A stretch of 64,000 nt of DNA from Guillardia theta CCMP2712. Its lineage: Eukaryota > Protista > Cryptophyta. The notes below the pieces were generated by a model. The model saw only the letters and a program-made list of their open reading frames with translations, did no database searches and had not been told where the DNA came from. The position numbers were made by a program, and so were the translations under genes. Every line of letters begins with the position of its first letter. Position 1 is the first letter of the stretch. Shown here one piece after another: positions 23,401 to 35,934 of the stretch. The stretch spans positions 173,236 through 237,235 of the forward strand of contig NW_005434575.1 in assembly GCF_000315625.1 (NCBI RefSeq). Reading direction: 5' to 3'.

Positions 23401-24223
23401 GAGATTGACCTGTAGGGAATCCAAAAATCGTGACTCGACTGATCCATCACTGTATCCGATGATGATATATTGACTGTCGAATGTGATGGTTATGTTGATA
23501 GGAGTCGTCCCAGCCGTGCACGCCAGATCTACACTGGTCTCCTTGCTCCATATCATAGCGTCCAACTTCATCATTCCAGTCAAATAATGAGTTTCTCACA
23601 GCAACGTACAGCATACCTCAACCATGCTCGCGTTTGCTTGATTCACATTGGCAGACTTGCTGCGGTGCGACAGCTTCAATCGCTCTAGTCTGATGATGTC
23701 TTGCGAGCCAAACTCCGACGAGTTCCTTCCACCACCAGACACCGTCTGATAGATCAAGTACAACTCATCCGACTACATCAAGCTCCCAAGTCAGCAGTTC
23801 GTCAAACCTCGCGACCTCATTTGAGCACCTTGGTGGGATTGAAGCTCATCAAAAGGAGCTGAGGAGCTGCCCACTGCCCCTTTGACAAAGGGAATAATCG
23901 GATATCGGACTTGAGCTGCGTCCTGGTGTGGGGAAAGGAAGTGACCTGGGGAGAGGATCAGATGAAAGTCATTCTCTGCCGTCCACGACCTTGAGAGGAT
24001 GAAAACGGCACTTGATGTAAAAGATGACAATTTGACTCTCGTCTGCAACTGCAATCATGAGAGCCTGAGGAATGAATCAAGTCAGAAATTCGTATCAGGG
24101 CTACTGGGAAATCTCAACCTTGTCTCGGATGATGGCAGTAGCCGACTGCACAAACAAGACCGCCTGGGAACAAATTTCAATCAAATGGCGCATGATCATC
24201 ATTGACATCATCATCATCATTGA

Positions 24224-24268
<45 letters not shown>

Positions 24269-25178
24269 GGACATGAAGAGCAATAACTACTACAAGTACA
24301 AGATAACATCCATCCTCAGACCTGATTAGAAGTTGCTTCTGCGGAGCTTGACGAGCTAGTCGACCTCGCACTAGTCCTCACGAGACTTTCCGGCAACTCC
24401 AGTGTGGAGAGCTGCGTCGACGCAGAGGCCCATTCGGTTCCATGGAGACTGTTGGACAGCTCCAGAAAGACTCGTGCCTCACCATATCGGCTCAGGGCAA
24501 AGAAGCACAGGCAGCCTGGAGGCGTCTTGAACACAAACTCGCTGGATTTGGACTGGGCGTTCGCCTGCCCTTGCGGCGTCGGAGCATCCCTACGAGCAAC
24601 GTCTCGTCGATACTTGCCGTCATACCCCTTGGTGTTCTGGCTGGCTGACTGCGTCTGCTGTGCGGCAGTTGCTGGGTTGCCGCTGGAGAAAGGTGGCGGA
24701 AGGGAGTAGACGGGGCCAGTGTTGAGCCAGTGCACGAGTTGAGTCGAAGAGAAACTGAGACGATGGTGCAGGACCCATCTGTTGATCAACCCCTGCGAGC
24801 AGGTCAGGCATCGTCCGTTGGAGCATCACCTCCTACCTTCACAGGCTTCCACACGCATATGCAGCTTCGACTGTCCGCCGACATCAGCACCAGACCCATC
24901 TGAGCTGGAGCCCAAGACAGATGAGAGATGTCATGCTCGTGTCCTCCGCAGAGCATGCTATGCCTCTCAGGCCTATCAACATGCAAGACATAGATAGAGG
25001 GCGAAGACGTGTATCCGAGCTTGCCTCTGTAACCCTGTGGCTTGTTTGAATTCATGGCGAAAGCGAGCAGCCCGTCATCACTCCAACAGCAGGCACTGAC
25101 AACTTGTTTAGGGTCCATGAAAGGGCCATCGGGTGGAGGTCCAGGAAGATTGAGAGAATAAATTTCACGCATCGGCAT
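20414..25178 (-). CDS. MED16: Mediator subunit 16 (Sin4/SFR6-like), many exons; 3' end approximate
   Basis: N-terminal WD40 VSACCWSDDGLLAFAM...IYVLHVDRPERH...HEHDISHLSW...LMSADSRSCICVWK..INRW, and C-terminal RECTATGRVT...DRWMYACPVSSGKWR, both resembling MED16 termini. Confidence 0.8.
24193..24268. repeat. (CAT)n microsatellite in a MED16 intron
   Basis: Direct reading. Confidence 0.9.
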
Positions 25179-25539
25179 CGTGAGTGGCGACTTGCTTAAC
25201 GAGTTCTGATTTCCTTCAGATGCCCTTGTCACCTTCACCCCACCTCACAGCAGTTCCCCTGCTCTTGACTTGTTTAGCAATTCAGCTTGGTTCAGTTCGG
25301 TCAGTATCTCTCCCTGCTAGTTTCTGCCATCCTGTCCTCTCTCTGTCTCTCCTCTCCTCTCCGCTCTCTTCCATCATTTCCTCTCCTCTCCCCCATGAAT
25401 TCTCCAATCCCCGCTCCTCTGATCACCCCTTCTACCACCACCCCCACCATTTCCAAGCCAGGAAACCAAGCCAAAAGTACCCGTGAACTTCGACGCTTGT
25501 CACCTACCCCACCCCCCCGAATGTCGCCCGTCTGGTCTC

Positions 25540-25622
25540 GGATACTCACGGATACTCGTGGATACTTTGAGTTTTCCTTCACGGATACTTTTTGGGATAC
25601 TTTCGGATACCTTACGGATACT
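25540..25622 (+). promoter_or_regulatory. Cluster of seven GGATAC motifs between divergent MED16 and collagen-like genes
   Basis: GGATAC repeated 7 times in about 85 bp immediately upstream of ATG 25637. Confidence 0.35.
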
Positions 25623-25636
25623 GTCTCTTCGCTGCC

Positions 25637-27289
25637 ATGCATGCAAGAAACCCGCTGATGGGTGGAGAGGCAGGAGGGGAGGATGGCAGACACAGCGATG
25701 GTGGGAGAAGGACCAGGAGATCGCTGGTGGCACTCGCCATAGTGGGAGCAGTTGCTCTCACAGCGCTCATGGCTCTGACCTGGTCACCCTCCAAGTCAAA
25801 TGTAGTTGTCCTCGACGATGCGGAAGCCGAGGAAGCTGATGGTGGCGATGGCGGCGATGGCGGCGAGTACGGGGTCTCAGCCACCTTGCAGCCTCGTGTG
25901 CTGGGCATCAAGCACTATCCTGATCCTCAGGGTATGCCGGATGCAGGACTTATCAAGAAGACAGTGGACATGGACGCGCAGTCTCTCTTCAGACTGAAGC
26001 TCTTTGCTAGGAAGCTGCACTCCCTCCGCCTGGAGTCAGATGATTACTCTAGGAAGTGGAAACGGCTGCTCACTCAGGCACGGGAGCTGGGTGTAGACAC
26101 AACCTCGATGAAGATGGCCGTCAGTACCCTCCACCGCCCCATGGGATTGCCAGGGCGGCGAGGAGTACCTGGACCGCAGGGACTGCGAGGGTTGGAAGGA
26201 CCTCCAGGACGAAACCTAGTTGGACCAAGAGGTGAAGAGAATCGTCTGCGCTATGTCCGCTGAGAGAGTCTCTCCAGGGCCCATCGGATTCCCAGGCCTT
26301 CCTGGGGAGATGGTAAACAGTGCTTTTCTTCGCCATGATTGTTCCCTGTGGGCAACGAACCGCTGCGTGCGCTGACAAGAGTCTCAGGGAAAGCAGGGAC
26401 GATCTGGAATGCCTGGACCAGCAGGGTACCCTGGACCTCAAGGGGTGGCTGGCAAGAATGGACAACCGGTTCATGTGCTACTTTCATAGACTGGTTGACT
26501 TATGGAGGAGCAGGGAACGCCGGGTGCAAGTGGTATGCCAGGGAAACCCGGCCCTGTAGGAGATACCGGGATAGCAGGTAGGCTGATGGAGTTGTTGTTG
26601 GTTCCCTGTGTTGACTCTGATCTTCCCTTCAGGACCACCAGGCAGGCCTGGTACGTGGAAGCTGTCAAGCAGTGTTGTAGTATGTTGAAGAAGCGCAGGC
26701 GTTGCGGGCCCTCCAGGTCCAGCTGGAGCCAACGGGGTCAACGGGGTCCCGGGTGTGCATGGTGAGAAAGATCCAGATAGGTTTCTTTAGAGCTAGTGTG
26801 ATACTCAACCGGGCAACAGGTCCTCCGGGCCCGAAAGGGACCCCGGGAGTGACAGGCCTGCCGGGCCCGCAGGGCTTTCGTGGCGTGCGAGGCGTTCGTG
26901 GACCTCCTGGACCTCCGGGCCAAGCGGTATGGAGGTGTAGAGCTTGCATGCTGATGGCTGAACACAAATGCAGGGACCCGAAGGCTTGAAGGGGTTGAGG
27001 TAGAACCGTCCTTGTCAATCTGAGTTGGTCTTCTAAACTTGTTGTTTCTCTTGGATTGTGCGAGCAGAGGTCCGCTAGGATTTTCAGGTCTGGAACATTC
27101 TCGCATGCTGCTCTCACCATCTGAAGTCTTCTTGTCAGGAGCTGCCGGCCCCCCAGGCCCGCCTGGTCCACAAGGTTGTCGATCCCTTAAGACCCTTCTG
27201 GCCAACTGAACGAATGTTATGCAGGGCCTAAAGGGATGAGCGGAATTCCAGGCATACCAGGCACACAAGGAATTGCAAAATTTGTTTAG
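25637..27289 (+). CDS. Type II membrane collagen-like protein (TM, coiled coil, Gly-X-Y), about 11 exons
   Basis: [23 protein letters not shown]; helical neck [30 protein letters not shown]; spliced Gly-X-Y run ending [21 protein letters not shown]. Confidence 0.85.
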
Positions 27290-27449
27290 ACAAGCCTGCC
27301 TTCGCGAAGTGATAACACTTCTGTACAATTCTTGCGATAACCACTCAATACGGTCGTCGTCTCTTCTATTTTTTGTGGTGCGGATGAAGAATAAATTTTC
27401 GAAGCAACTAAGTTATGGCCCAAGTTGACCTGCTAATTTCAAGCTCATG

Positions 27450-28875
27450 TTTCAAATAACCGCCAATCATCAGCCGCCGTGATTAAAATCTTTAGTGAAT
27501 CAATTTTAACCATCTCCCGAAATCACAGAAGCATTGTCCCTTGAACGGGCTTCGATTCCATGTCCTCTGACATCGTACCATCGCCTTCTTGCGTTGAACC
27601 TAGCATATTTACATTTGCTTTTCGACCTTCACCGTCCGAGTCGTTCCTGAACTGCATGCGATACGAATCTGACAGAGAATAGCTGCAAGAGCAAAGTCAA
27701 CGGACGTGCTGAAGCAAACAAATCAATCATGTACCCGTTGCGGAAAGGAATCGGAAAGTTCGAGCTGCTTTCCAAATCATTGTCATTCATCATCATCTCA
27801 GCGCATATCTGTCAAATGGCCAGACCTCGTTTCCAGCCTCTGTGAGCTGCTCTCCTCGCTCAGTCTGGCAGTGTCTGGCCGAATCCGAATGTTGACTTGG
27901 AGCATCATGGCATCAAGGGACTACCCTCCAAGTCAACACATGTCCATCTTCTTACAAGTCAGCAGACCTGGCTTTTGAGCTCCCTCACTATGGAAGCTGC
28001 TTCATCTGGTGATGAGGATTTGACTTGAAACCTGCGCGTCAGGGTGGAATCAACCGGCTGGGAGACGACATGAAAGTAGAAGTACGTAATTTCGGTGGCA
28101 GTCGAAAGCAAACGTCGACCACACTTTTCTCGCAGAGAAAGAATGCAAACGTCAGAGAGATCAACCTGATGGTGCGCATTCAGTCGAATAGTTCTCAAAG
28201 GTAAGTTCGAGGTACATTGCAAGTTGCAGCAATGGCTTCTATAAACAGATCTTGTTTCGCTTGAGTCCATGATGTTATGTTCATGTCTGATGAGCCCAAG
28301 GGTGGTCAACTCAACTTCATGATTGTAGGAGATCAGTCACCTGATATCGTCACAGTACTTTGTATCCATCCATCTTTTGAAGTGGTGTAATTCCTTGGGG
28401 AGTCTTGCCAAATTTCTCGTTTCGGGCCCCTCCCGCTCAACCTGGGGCTGAACGGCACCTTGGACGAAGAGGTCGAACGTGGACTGGGGATGGGGTCCTA
28501 GAAAATGTGTAAGGAGGCGAGGGGTGCGGGAGGATCCTGTCATGGGGAGGACCTCAGAAGGCAGTCTGAATCTTGGTGTGTGTGGCATATTGCGCAATTC
28601 CGCTGAGGACGGGTGTATCTTGGAGAAGAGCTCCCGTGGGGTACTGTTGTCAGGGTATCCGGCACTACGTGGGGTGTCAAGGTTCTTCATGGCTCCCATA
28701 CTTCTTGGGGTTAAGATAGGCTTGAAATCTTGTGCCAAAGTGTCCGACGCCTTGCTCGTGGCGGAGGAAGGCTAGCGACTACGTGTCACCCCGCGGTCAA
28801 CACATGACAAGGTTTGCCTACCGGAACGTGCACAACATTCCGTGGAGTCGCTGGCTCGATTTGAATATCTACCAT
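27450..28875 (-). CDS. Hypothetical multi-exon protein, TPR-tripeptide-rich N-terminus, possible PH-like domain; limits uncertain
   Basis: MVDIQIEPATPRNVVHVP | PSSATSK...LTPR...DTPR...STPR...HTPR; later YFYFHVV...RRFQVKSSSPDEAASIVRELK resembles a PH C-terminal helix. Confidence 0.4.
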
Positions 28876-29519
28876 TGAACGAGTCAGAGGTTCATGTGGC
28901 ATCACTGTGCAACAATACTGCTAGCTGTCTTGTTCTTCGTCCAGCTCGATCGATTGTAATTAGAGCCAGCTTGCATGCCTGCAAAACTTTTCCTGCTTGA
29001 CAAACAGGAACCAAAAGCTTCATCATTTTCTTCCTCGTTACACATGCACACCCCTGAGCAACGGGCGAATCACCCAAACAAGCGCAAGGTGGGAAAGTTC
29101 ACTTTACCCCAATTCGGCTCGCTGCTTTGGATCGCCCCCATCTGACCGATTGAACTGTCGTCAACGCTTACAAGGACCTCTGTTCTCACTCGCAGTCGTG
29201 TCCGAGCTGCTGCTTCGTCAATCAAGCCCTGGACTTGAAAGACTTCTGGCGCTCCATGACATGCTAGAGATGTGTTGCTCTCTGGTGTATAAGGCTACGA
29301 GCTTCCAAAGAGTCCCAAGGGTTCACCTTCAACTTTTTGAAACTTCACTGTTTGCTTAACTCAGCTTGGAGATCGCAGAAGAGAAGTCCCATGCAGCGCA
29401 ATCACTATCTCTGATCGCCTCTCATCGCCTACTGCTTCTTGTCAGACGCATTCTTCTGCATGGTCCTGACGGTTGCCCCAGCCCCACTCCGCCGGCTGCT
29501 CATGTCGCCTGTGGATGTT

Positions 29520-30400
29520 TCCCGCCCACCCCTGGTTCAACCACCTACCCCCCCCCCCCACTCAGCCATTACCATGTCACCCCATCTTTTCCCCACAACA
29601 TATAATTGAACCCCCCACCCTCAAAGTGACTTGGTTGACCGAGTACCCCACCCTTTACATCCACCCAGCAGCATCCGGTGCTCCTTTACACCCCTTTCTT
29701 TCTCTCGGCCATCAAGAGACCCTATCGACTACCCCCTCCCAACCCCACCATAAACACCGAGGGGACCCCGCCCCTGCTCGTCGACGTGTGCCGACAGTAG
29801 GGGAGGGTAGTCCCTCGCACCCCCACCCCCCCAGCCTCCTTGACGGATCGGCGCGATGCTCTATTGTATGTCGGACCCCTACCCCCCTAGTCCTGCTAGT
29901 AGAGCCGCCCGATCAGCCGGGTTAAAAGCGACTGGTAACTTTCACCCGACACCACCCGACTCCTCAGTGCCAGCTCAGTCACTGGCCATCGCGGCCGCCG
30001 GGTCGCCCGGCGGGACCCGGAGCCTGAGACCGCCGAAGCCCCGCCGGCCGGGCGGCAGTAGGCTTGAACTTACTACGGTCCGACCGGCAGCGCCGGGCTG
30101 GCCGCCCCCGCCGAGTCGGATACTAGGGCCCGGCCGTGTGACAGTGGCCCGGGATGGCACCGAGGCGAGTGCAAGATCGTCCGACGGCCAGTGATGCACG
30201 ATGGTCACTGTTACGGTAGGCTGAGGCGGCGGGTGATCGGACTCCAAGGCCCGCCGGAAGTCACCGTGTGCTCCAGTGCTGGCCCGGGAACCCGGATTCA
30301 TGGATCATAGGCGAGTGATTCAACTGGAAACTTTCAAGCATCCCCCACAGCCTCGCCGGGAGGCCATACTTGTCGGCGGCGGAAGGGGCCGGCTGGCCAT
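29520..30400. repeat. C-rich/TACCC tract (29520-29900) followed by GC micro-palindrome island (29900-30400)
   Basis: Repeated TACCCC/CACCCC, then CAGTCACTG, GCGGCCGC, GGTCCGACC, CCGGCCGG and a TTCAACTGGAAACTTTCAA core. Confidence 0.7.
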
Positions 30401-30448
30401 GTATATAGTAGTACAGGAATTATCATAGTATTGCAACCCTGATCGCCT

Positions 30449-32416
30449 CTACATTACAATGCAACGAGAACCCGAAACTTTCGACCCGGGTTTTTTCGTC
30501 TTCATGCCCAGGACCGGATAGAACTCAGAATTCAGAGGCTCCAGCATAGCGTTCCCCGAGCTCATCCAGCCCTGGATCGACGACTTTGAAAAGGCCTTGC
30601 GCAATTTCTTCATGGCCTCCCTCATCACATCATCGTTCGCAGGAAGCGGCAAGAATATCAGCGCGAACATGTAATCGTCTTCCGGCTTGAATGTCTTGTC
30701 AGGGTACAAAAGAGAGTAGAAATGATTCCTCTTGTAACAGCGTACATCAAAGCTCTCCGAACCCTCAAAGATTGCCGCAAAGTTTTGATTTTGAAGGAAC
30801 TTTTTGATCTTCTGTTCCAGATCACCTTCGCTGCATTCCATGCATTCCGTTCGATTGATCTGTTTGTCCATGGGAGCAACCCAGATGATATGCTGAGATT
30901 TCTCTTGACTGTGCTTCATTCGCTTGTTTTGCAAAGGTTTTATCTCAGTTTCTGGCAAAGCAGAACGCAATTTCTGAAACCAGACTCCCATGGCATAGCC
31001 AACGAAAATCAGCATGCCTGCAATGTAGATGCATATGATTATCAAGATTCCTGGCAACTCAGCATCTGGCTCAACGCTCCACAACGTTGCCACAACATTC
31101 TCTATGATTACCAAGATCATATTTCCGAAGCAGAAGAGGATGTACCAGTCGAGAATCGTCAGGTAGTTGATGGGAGGCAAGGCGCTGGACACCATGTTCT
31201 TGTAGGCAACCATAGTGAGTAGCATGACGAGGGTGACGCTGCAGCGATCTGCCAGTGCCGAAGGTTCGATCGCGAATGCCGCCCAACCGACGGTGGAACA
31301 AGTCGTGAGGGGCAGGGCAATATTCATCATCCACAGTGTAACTTTCCTTCGCAAGCTGATGGAAACAAGCAGCAATGAATATTGATGACGCGATATGGAT
31401 TGCTCCTCAGTGGTTGACGACTCCTCAAACAACATCTCACTGCCGACCGCATACTCAGCCCTCTGGATGAAGTTGTTGGTCTTCAGGCTCGAAGGATAAC
31501 GGTTGTTCTTGTTCTTGACAAGCTTTACCTTGGTTGAATTTGATTGCACGTCGAAGATGTGAATCCTGTACCCTTCAGGCATCATCTCATTCACTTCTCT
31601 TTCGATCTTCTCATTCCAATCCTGCAAGTGGGGAGCTGGACTGGAAACCTCCGGGTTGGGGATGATGATCCTCATGCTGAGAACAGTCGATTGGGAGCCT
31701 TTCTCCACCTGCTGCTTGTTGGTGATCAGCACACCAACACACTTCTGTGCGCACTCTATCGCAGTGCGGAGCAGAGAGAAGACGCGATGACAGATATCTT
31801 GAATGTTGGTTCCAAGACCATCAGGGAAATCTATCCTCACCTTAATGTCCCTGAACATGCAGTCCATCGGCCACAGGCTGTGAAGACGGATAGTCAACAG
31901 CTGGTTGTCAAAGGGAAAGTTTGCCAACTCCATTTCTTCTTGAAGTGTGCATGTCAATCTCCATCTCATGCTGATGATGATAGGAGATGAAGAATCTCCC
32001 GGACTATCATCAAAACAGTGATACCAGATCTCGCTCTCGTTAATCGCCATGGCGTTGTCGATCACGAGACGTGGAGCAAAAAATGCAGTGTTGGTGTCAT
32101 CCTCCTTCAAGTACAGCTTGCCTTTCAACTGATTGGAATCCTCCGAGACATTGATGTCAAACAGCTCCTTCTTGACCTTTAACTCTTTCATCTTGTAGTC
32201 AGCCCATGATGCCTCGATGACCATGCATACGGTGAAGGATTGGTTCAACAAGGAGACCTCTACAAGCTTCTCGACGACTAGTCGTACCCTTACTTCGTGA
32301 ATGATATCTTCAGTTGAATTCTTGCTTCGCTTCTCGTCAACTGGCTGATCTGCAAGCTTTGTCTCGGAGGTAGTTGGGGTGTTCTCGATCATTGAAGAGT
32401 CTGATATCTTGTTCAT
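30449..32416 (-). CDS. Cys-less (Pro-loop) pentameric ligand-gated ion channel, intronless, 655 aa
   Basis: QSFTVCMVIEASWAD, FAPRLVIDNA, MELANFPFDNQLLTIRL, ISLRRK, M1 WMMNIALP, M2 DRCSVTLVMLLTMVAY, LPPINYLTILDWY M3, short M3-M4 linker. Confidence 0.92.
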   Translation of the reverse strand: MNKISDSSMIENTPTTSETKLADQPVDEKRSKNSTEDIIHEVRVRLVVEKLVEVSLLNQSFTVCMVIEASWADYKMKELKVKKELFDINVSEDSNQLKGKLYLKEDDTNTAFFAPRLVIDNAMAINESEIWYHCFDDSPGDSSSPIIISMRWRLTCTLQEEMELANFPFDNQLLTIRLHSLWPMDCMFRDIKVRIDFPDGLGTNIQDICHRVFSLLRTAIECAQKCVGVLITNKQQVEKGSQSTVLSMRIIIPNPEVSSPAPHLQDWNEKIEREVNEMMPEGYRIHIFDVQSNSTKVKLVKNKNNRYPSSLKTNNFIQRAEYAVGSEMLFEESSTTEEQSISRHQYSLLLVSISLRRKVTLWMMNIALPLTTCSTVGWAAFAIEPSALADRCSVTLVMLLTMVAYKNMVSSALPPINYLTILDWYILFCFGNMILVIIENVVATLWSVEPDAELPGILIIICIYIAGMLIFVGYAMGVWFQKLRSALPETEIKPLQNKRMKHSQEKSQHIIWVAPMDKQINRTECMECSEGDLEQKIKKFLQNQNFAAIFEGSESFDVRCYKRNHFYSLLYPDKTFKPEDDYMFALIFLPLPANDDVMREAMKKLRKAFSKSSIQGWMSSGNAMLEPLNSEFYPVLGMKTKKPGSKVSGSRCIVM

Positions 32417-32895
32417 GCCTCCTGGTTTCCTCTCTCTCCCACTATCCTCTTCCTCCCCTCTATCTCCTGTCTCCCTCTATCCTCTGTCTCCCTCTCTCTG
32501 CCCTCACTCGCTCTCTCCCACAAGTCGGACTGCGACTAGCTACAGTCTCTGTCCATGCATGATGTTCCACCCAGCCGATAAGTTTACTGCGGTTTTTTTT
32601 GATGAGTAGTTTATAACGGCTTCGTAACGGTTGTTATTTCCGGAGACCACCTTCATGGGCGGAGTGGGTGCGAAGTAGAAAGAGGGGAGGGAGGATAACG
32701 ACCGAGGAGGAGGAGGAGGAGGTTCAAGAGCGCATCAAGATCTAGAGGTGAGTCAGACCTGCAATGTTGGTCGCTTTCTTACCATTTCATGCTGAAAATT
32801 TCTCCAGGTTTGTGCAATTCTTCAAACACAGCGAGTCCGGACTGAATGGAAATTGATTGATAGGATTGCTTGACTAGTTTCAAACTTCTCTAGTG

Positions 32896-35325
32896 ATGTC
32901 TCACAACAAGGCTGTCGTATTAATCACAGGCATTGCCCTGACATTTGCAGCGCTCTGTGTCATCTTGGCAGTGAGGGAACCTGGGCCACGTTCGATCACA
33001 ACATTGATTCGTGGGATCAACCATCTTCCGAAGAGCGCATTGCCGCCGTCATGGCTCTCAAAAGATGACATCAAGATGTCGCCCATGCTTCATGACAAGT
33101 CTGCATCCGTGATTATGACCTTCTCCCGCCATCAGCCGAAGAGGTCTGTGCAAGTGAAATCCATAGCTCCACTGTCCAAGGGCTCACAAGAGGAGCTATC
33201 GGCAAAGCCGATGAAGGTTGAACAGCACGCTGTTGTCAAGACTGTTGTCAATGCTTCCAAACATCACGAGAGCACCCCTGCTTCTCATACCTCTCGCAAC
33301 AGCGTCGAAGCCATGCCAACTAAGTCTGAATGGAAAAGAATTGTGAAGAATGCTGAGAAAGAGGCAGAGAAGTTGGCCCAGAAGCATCCTCGATCCGTCC
33401 TTGGAGCTCACTGGCGAGACAGCGTAACACCCAAGGAGGACTATCAATCCCAGCTGCGACAGGACAGTGATGACGCAACTCGTGCAAACACCGATGCTCA
33501 GAGTGAGTCCCTGGCCTTGGAAGACGCTCACATGAAGCACGTCGGTATCTACCAGAAAGCTGCATGTGAGAAGAAGAGCGGCTGTGGTCAGGCACGTGGG
33601 GAACCTCACGTGAGGCCTTCTGGTACTGGAGGGAAGGTACAGTCGTCTTCCAAGAAACTTGCCCCTGCCAGGTACCCCGCCGTGTCTTTCTACGCCCAAC
33701 TTCGAGAGGAGGATCCGCAATACAGGAAAGACGATAGTGGGGCAAAGCAGGGCAATGAAGATGAGGAGGAGCACCGAAAGCGCATGGCTCGTCTACGTCT
33801 GGAAACCAAACATTCTTTGCGGAGGTCGGATTCAAGGAGCGAGGCCCATAAGCCTGAGAGCTTCCAGGACTACATGTTTCGATTGTTCACAGGCAAGTCC
33901 AGTTTGTCGAAGGATTTTCACGATCACGCCAGATCTTCACAATTGTACAATGTTCCACGGGATGCATACTCTGAGGGTTTGCGACCTGATGGCAGTGAGC
34001 ATGTCGTCCAGAATGCGCAAGAACGACTTGCAAGGAAGTGGCTGGACATGATGAGGAACCCTCCTCCCGTGACTAAGAACACTCGCCCCGACATGCTGGA
34101 TCCCCGATCACTGGTGAGGGATCGTTGACGACCTGTCGCGTTAAGATCTTGCCTGCACCTTCGCCCTGACCTTCGATGTTCCACTGCAGGTCCTCCCTCG
34201 TTCAGATTTCAAGAAGAAACGAAAGGAGCTGTTGGATTTCAAGCACGCGATCCAGGCGTATGAGAACGACCCCCAATTCAACCCTGTCATCTTGATGCAG
34301 GTAACTTCGCCCTAACTGACGCTCCTCTTCTGTCTGTGTTGGTTTCACGTGTTTCATGCCAAGTCGACCTCACATGCGTCTGAAGCTGTCCCCTGCAGGC
34401 TCACAATCTCGTCAAGTACGGCATTCTCCCTCCCGAATCCGACAGGCCGAGCGTGTGGCGAGCATGGTACATGGAGATTACCGACAAGTACAGGCTGCTG
34501 AGTCAGGAGGTGGCAATGCTCGCGACGCCGCATGTCTCTCGGGACATGTGGGATCATGGAGATGCCGGTGACTGGTGTGGGACGGGAGGATGCAGGACAC
34601 TGCAGAGGAGGGAGAGGGAAGGAACTCGACGCCACAGACCAGATCAGTTCGCCGCGCACTTGGCGGATGACTACGAGCGGATGCAGGCGGAGGGCGAGAA
34701 GGTGCCGCAAGGAGTAGTTGTGTCAGAGGTGAAGCGGGGGGAGGTGCCGTACAACTTTCCTGAGTCAGAGGAGGAGGCGGCAGGTGAGAACGGTAGGTCG
34801 GAGGGGGATGTGGCGAGGGAGTCGGACCATGAGGAGAGGGAGGGCCCTCGAGGGGAGGATGGCGAGACATGGGACTCCTTCCGGAGATCGTTCGCGGACC
34901 AGGAGCCCAACGAGGCGGAGGACGGGGGCATGAACGTGCATCGCGATGCTTCGGAGGGAAACAGCAGCAAGAGCGACCTGCAGCACAAGGTCGACAAGTT
35001 GAGCGAGGAGGTGCAAGACCTGTTGAAGGTCATTCACAAGGAGCCGCACGGCGAGCAAGGGGAGGCGAGCAAGGAGGAGGCAAAGGAACGTTCCTCGCAG
35101 GCTCGCGTGCGGTTGCAGGAGCAGAGGGGGCTGTCGTCCCTTGCTGCGAGAGGGAGCGTTAGCGATGCTGTTGCACGAGATCTGCAGCGTCTGCGGGTGG
35201 ACGAGGAGAAGGTTTCGAGGGACAGGATGCGGCGGGAGCGCGGGGGGGAGGAGCACGCGGGCCGGCATGTGATGGACTGGTTGAGAGGGGCGTTGAGGGC
35301 GGCTGAGGGATACAGATCAAAGTAG
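32896..35325 (+). CDS. Hypothetical type II membrane/secreted protein, 3 exons (32896-34113, 34190-34300, 34399-35325)
   Basis: N-terminal TM VVLITGIALTFAALCVILAV; long ORFs join in frame over GT-AG introns; mostly charged or low-complexity. Confidence 0.7.
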
Positions 35326-35934
35326 AGGAGGAGGCTTGGTTTTTCACATTATTGTTTGATCCTTGTGAATGAAAATTTCCTTACTGTTGGCACTTGTTGT
35401 TATTGTTCCATATCACTCACATGCTGGTGATAGTGATTCGCAATCTCAGTGGTGAACTGTACTCTTGGCGCAAAGAGGAGGAGGAGGGAACTGTGGAGAG
35501 GGAGGGAGAGAGCGTGAGAGGGAGAGGGAGAGAAGGAATGAGGTGAAGGAGGGAGAGGACGAGGACGAGGACGAGGACGAGGAAGAGGGATGGCTGGTGA
35601 GGTGGAGGCTGGCCGAAGCGGGCGGCCGGGGGTCTGAAGGGAGCAGAGAGGGCGGAGGGGTTGGAAGGGAAAAGACTTGGGGCAGGGGGGCAAAAGGGGA
35701 GTGCAGGGAAAAGCAGGGGGTGAGGGGAGGGAGAGCGGGAGAGCGGGAGAGCGGGAGAGCGGGCGAGCGGGCGAGCGGGCGAGCGGGAGAGCGGGAGAGA
35801 GGAGGGAGAAGGAGAGTGGAGGAAGAGGGAGAGGTGCGTTGGTAGTCGGATTCGAGCAGGAAGGGAGGAGGGAGGAGAGGAGGGAGGAGAGGAGGGAGGA
35901 GAGGAGGGTGGAGGGGAAGGCAAGGGCTCAAACC

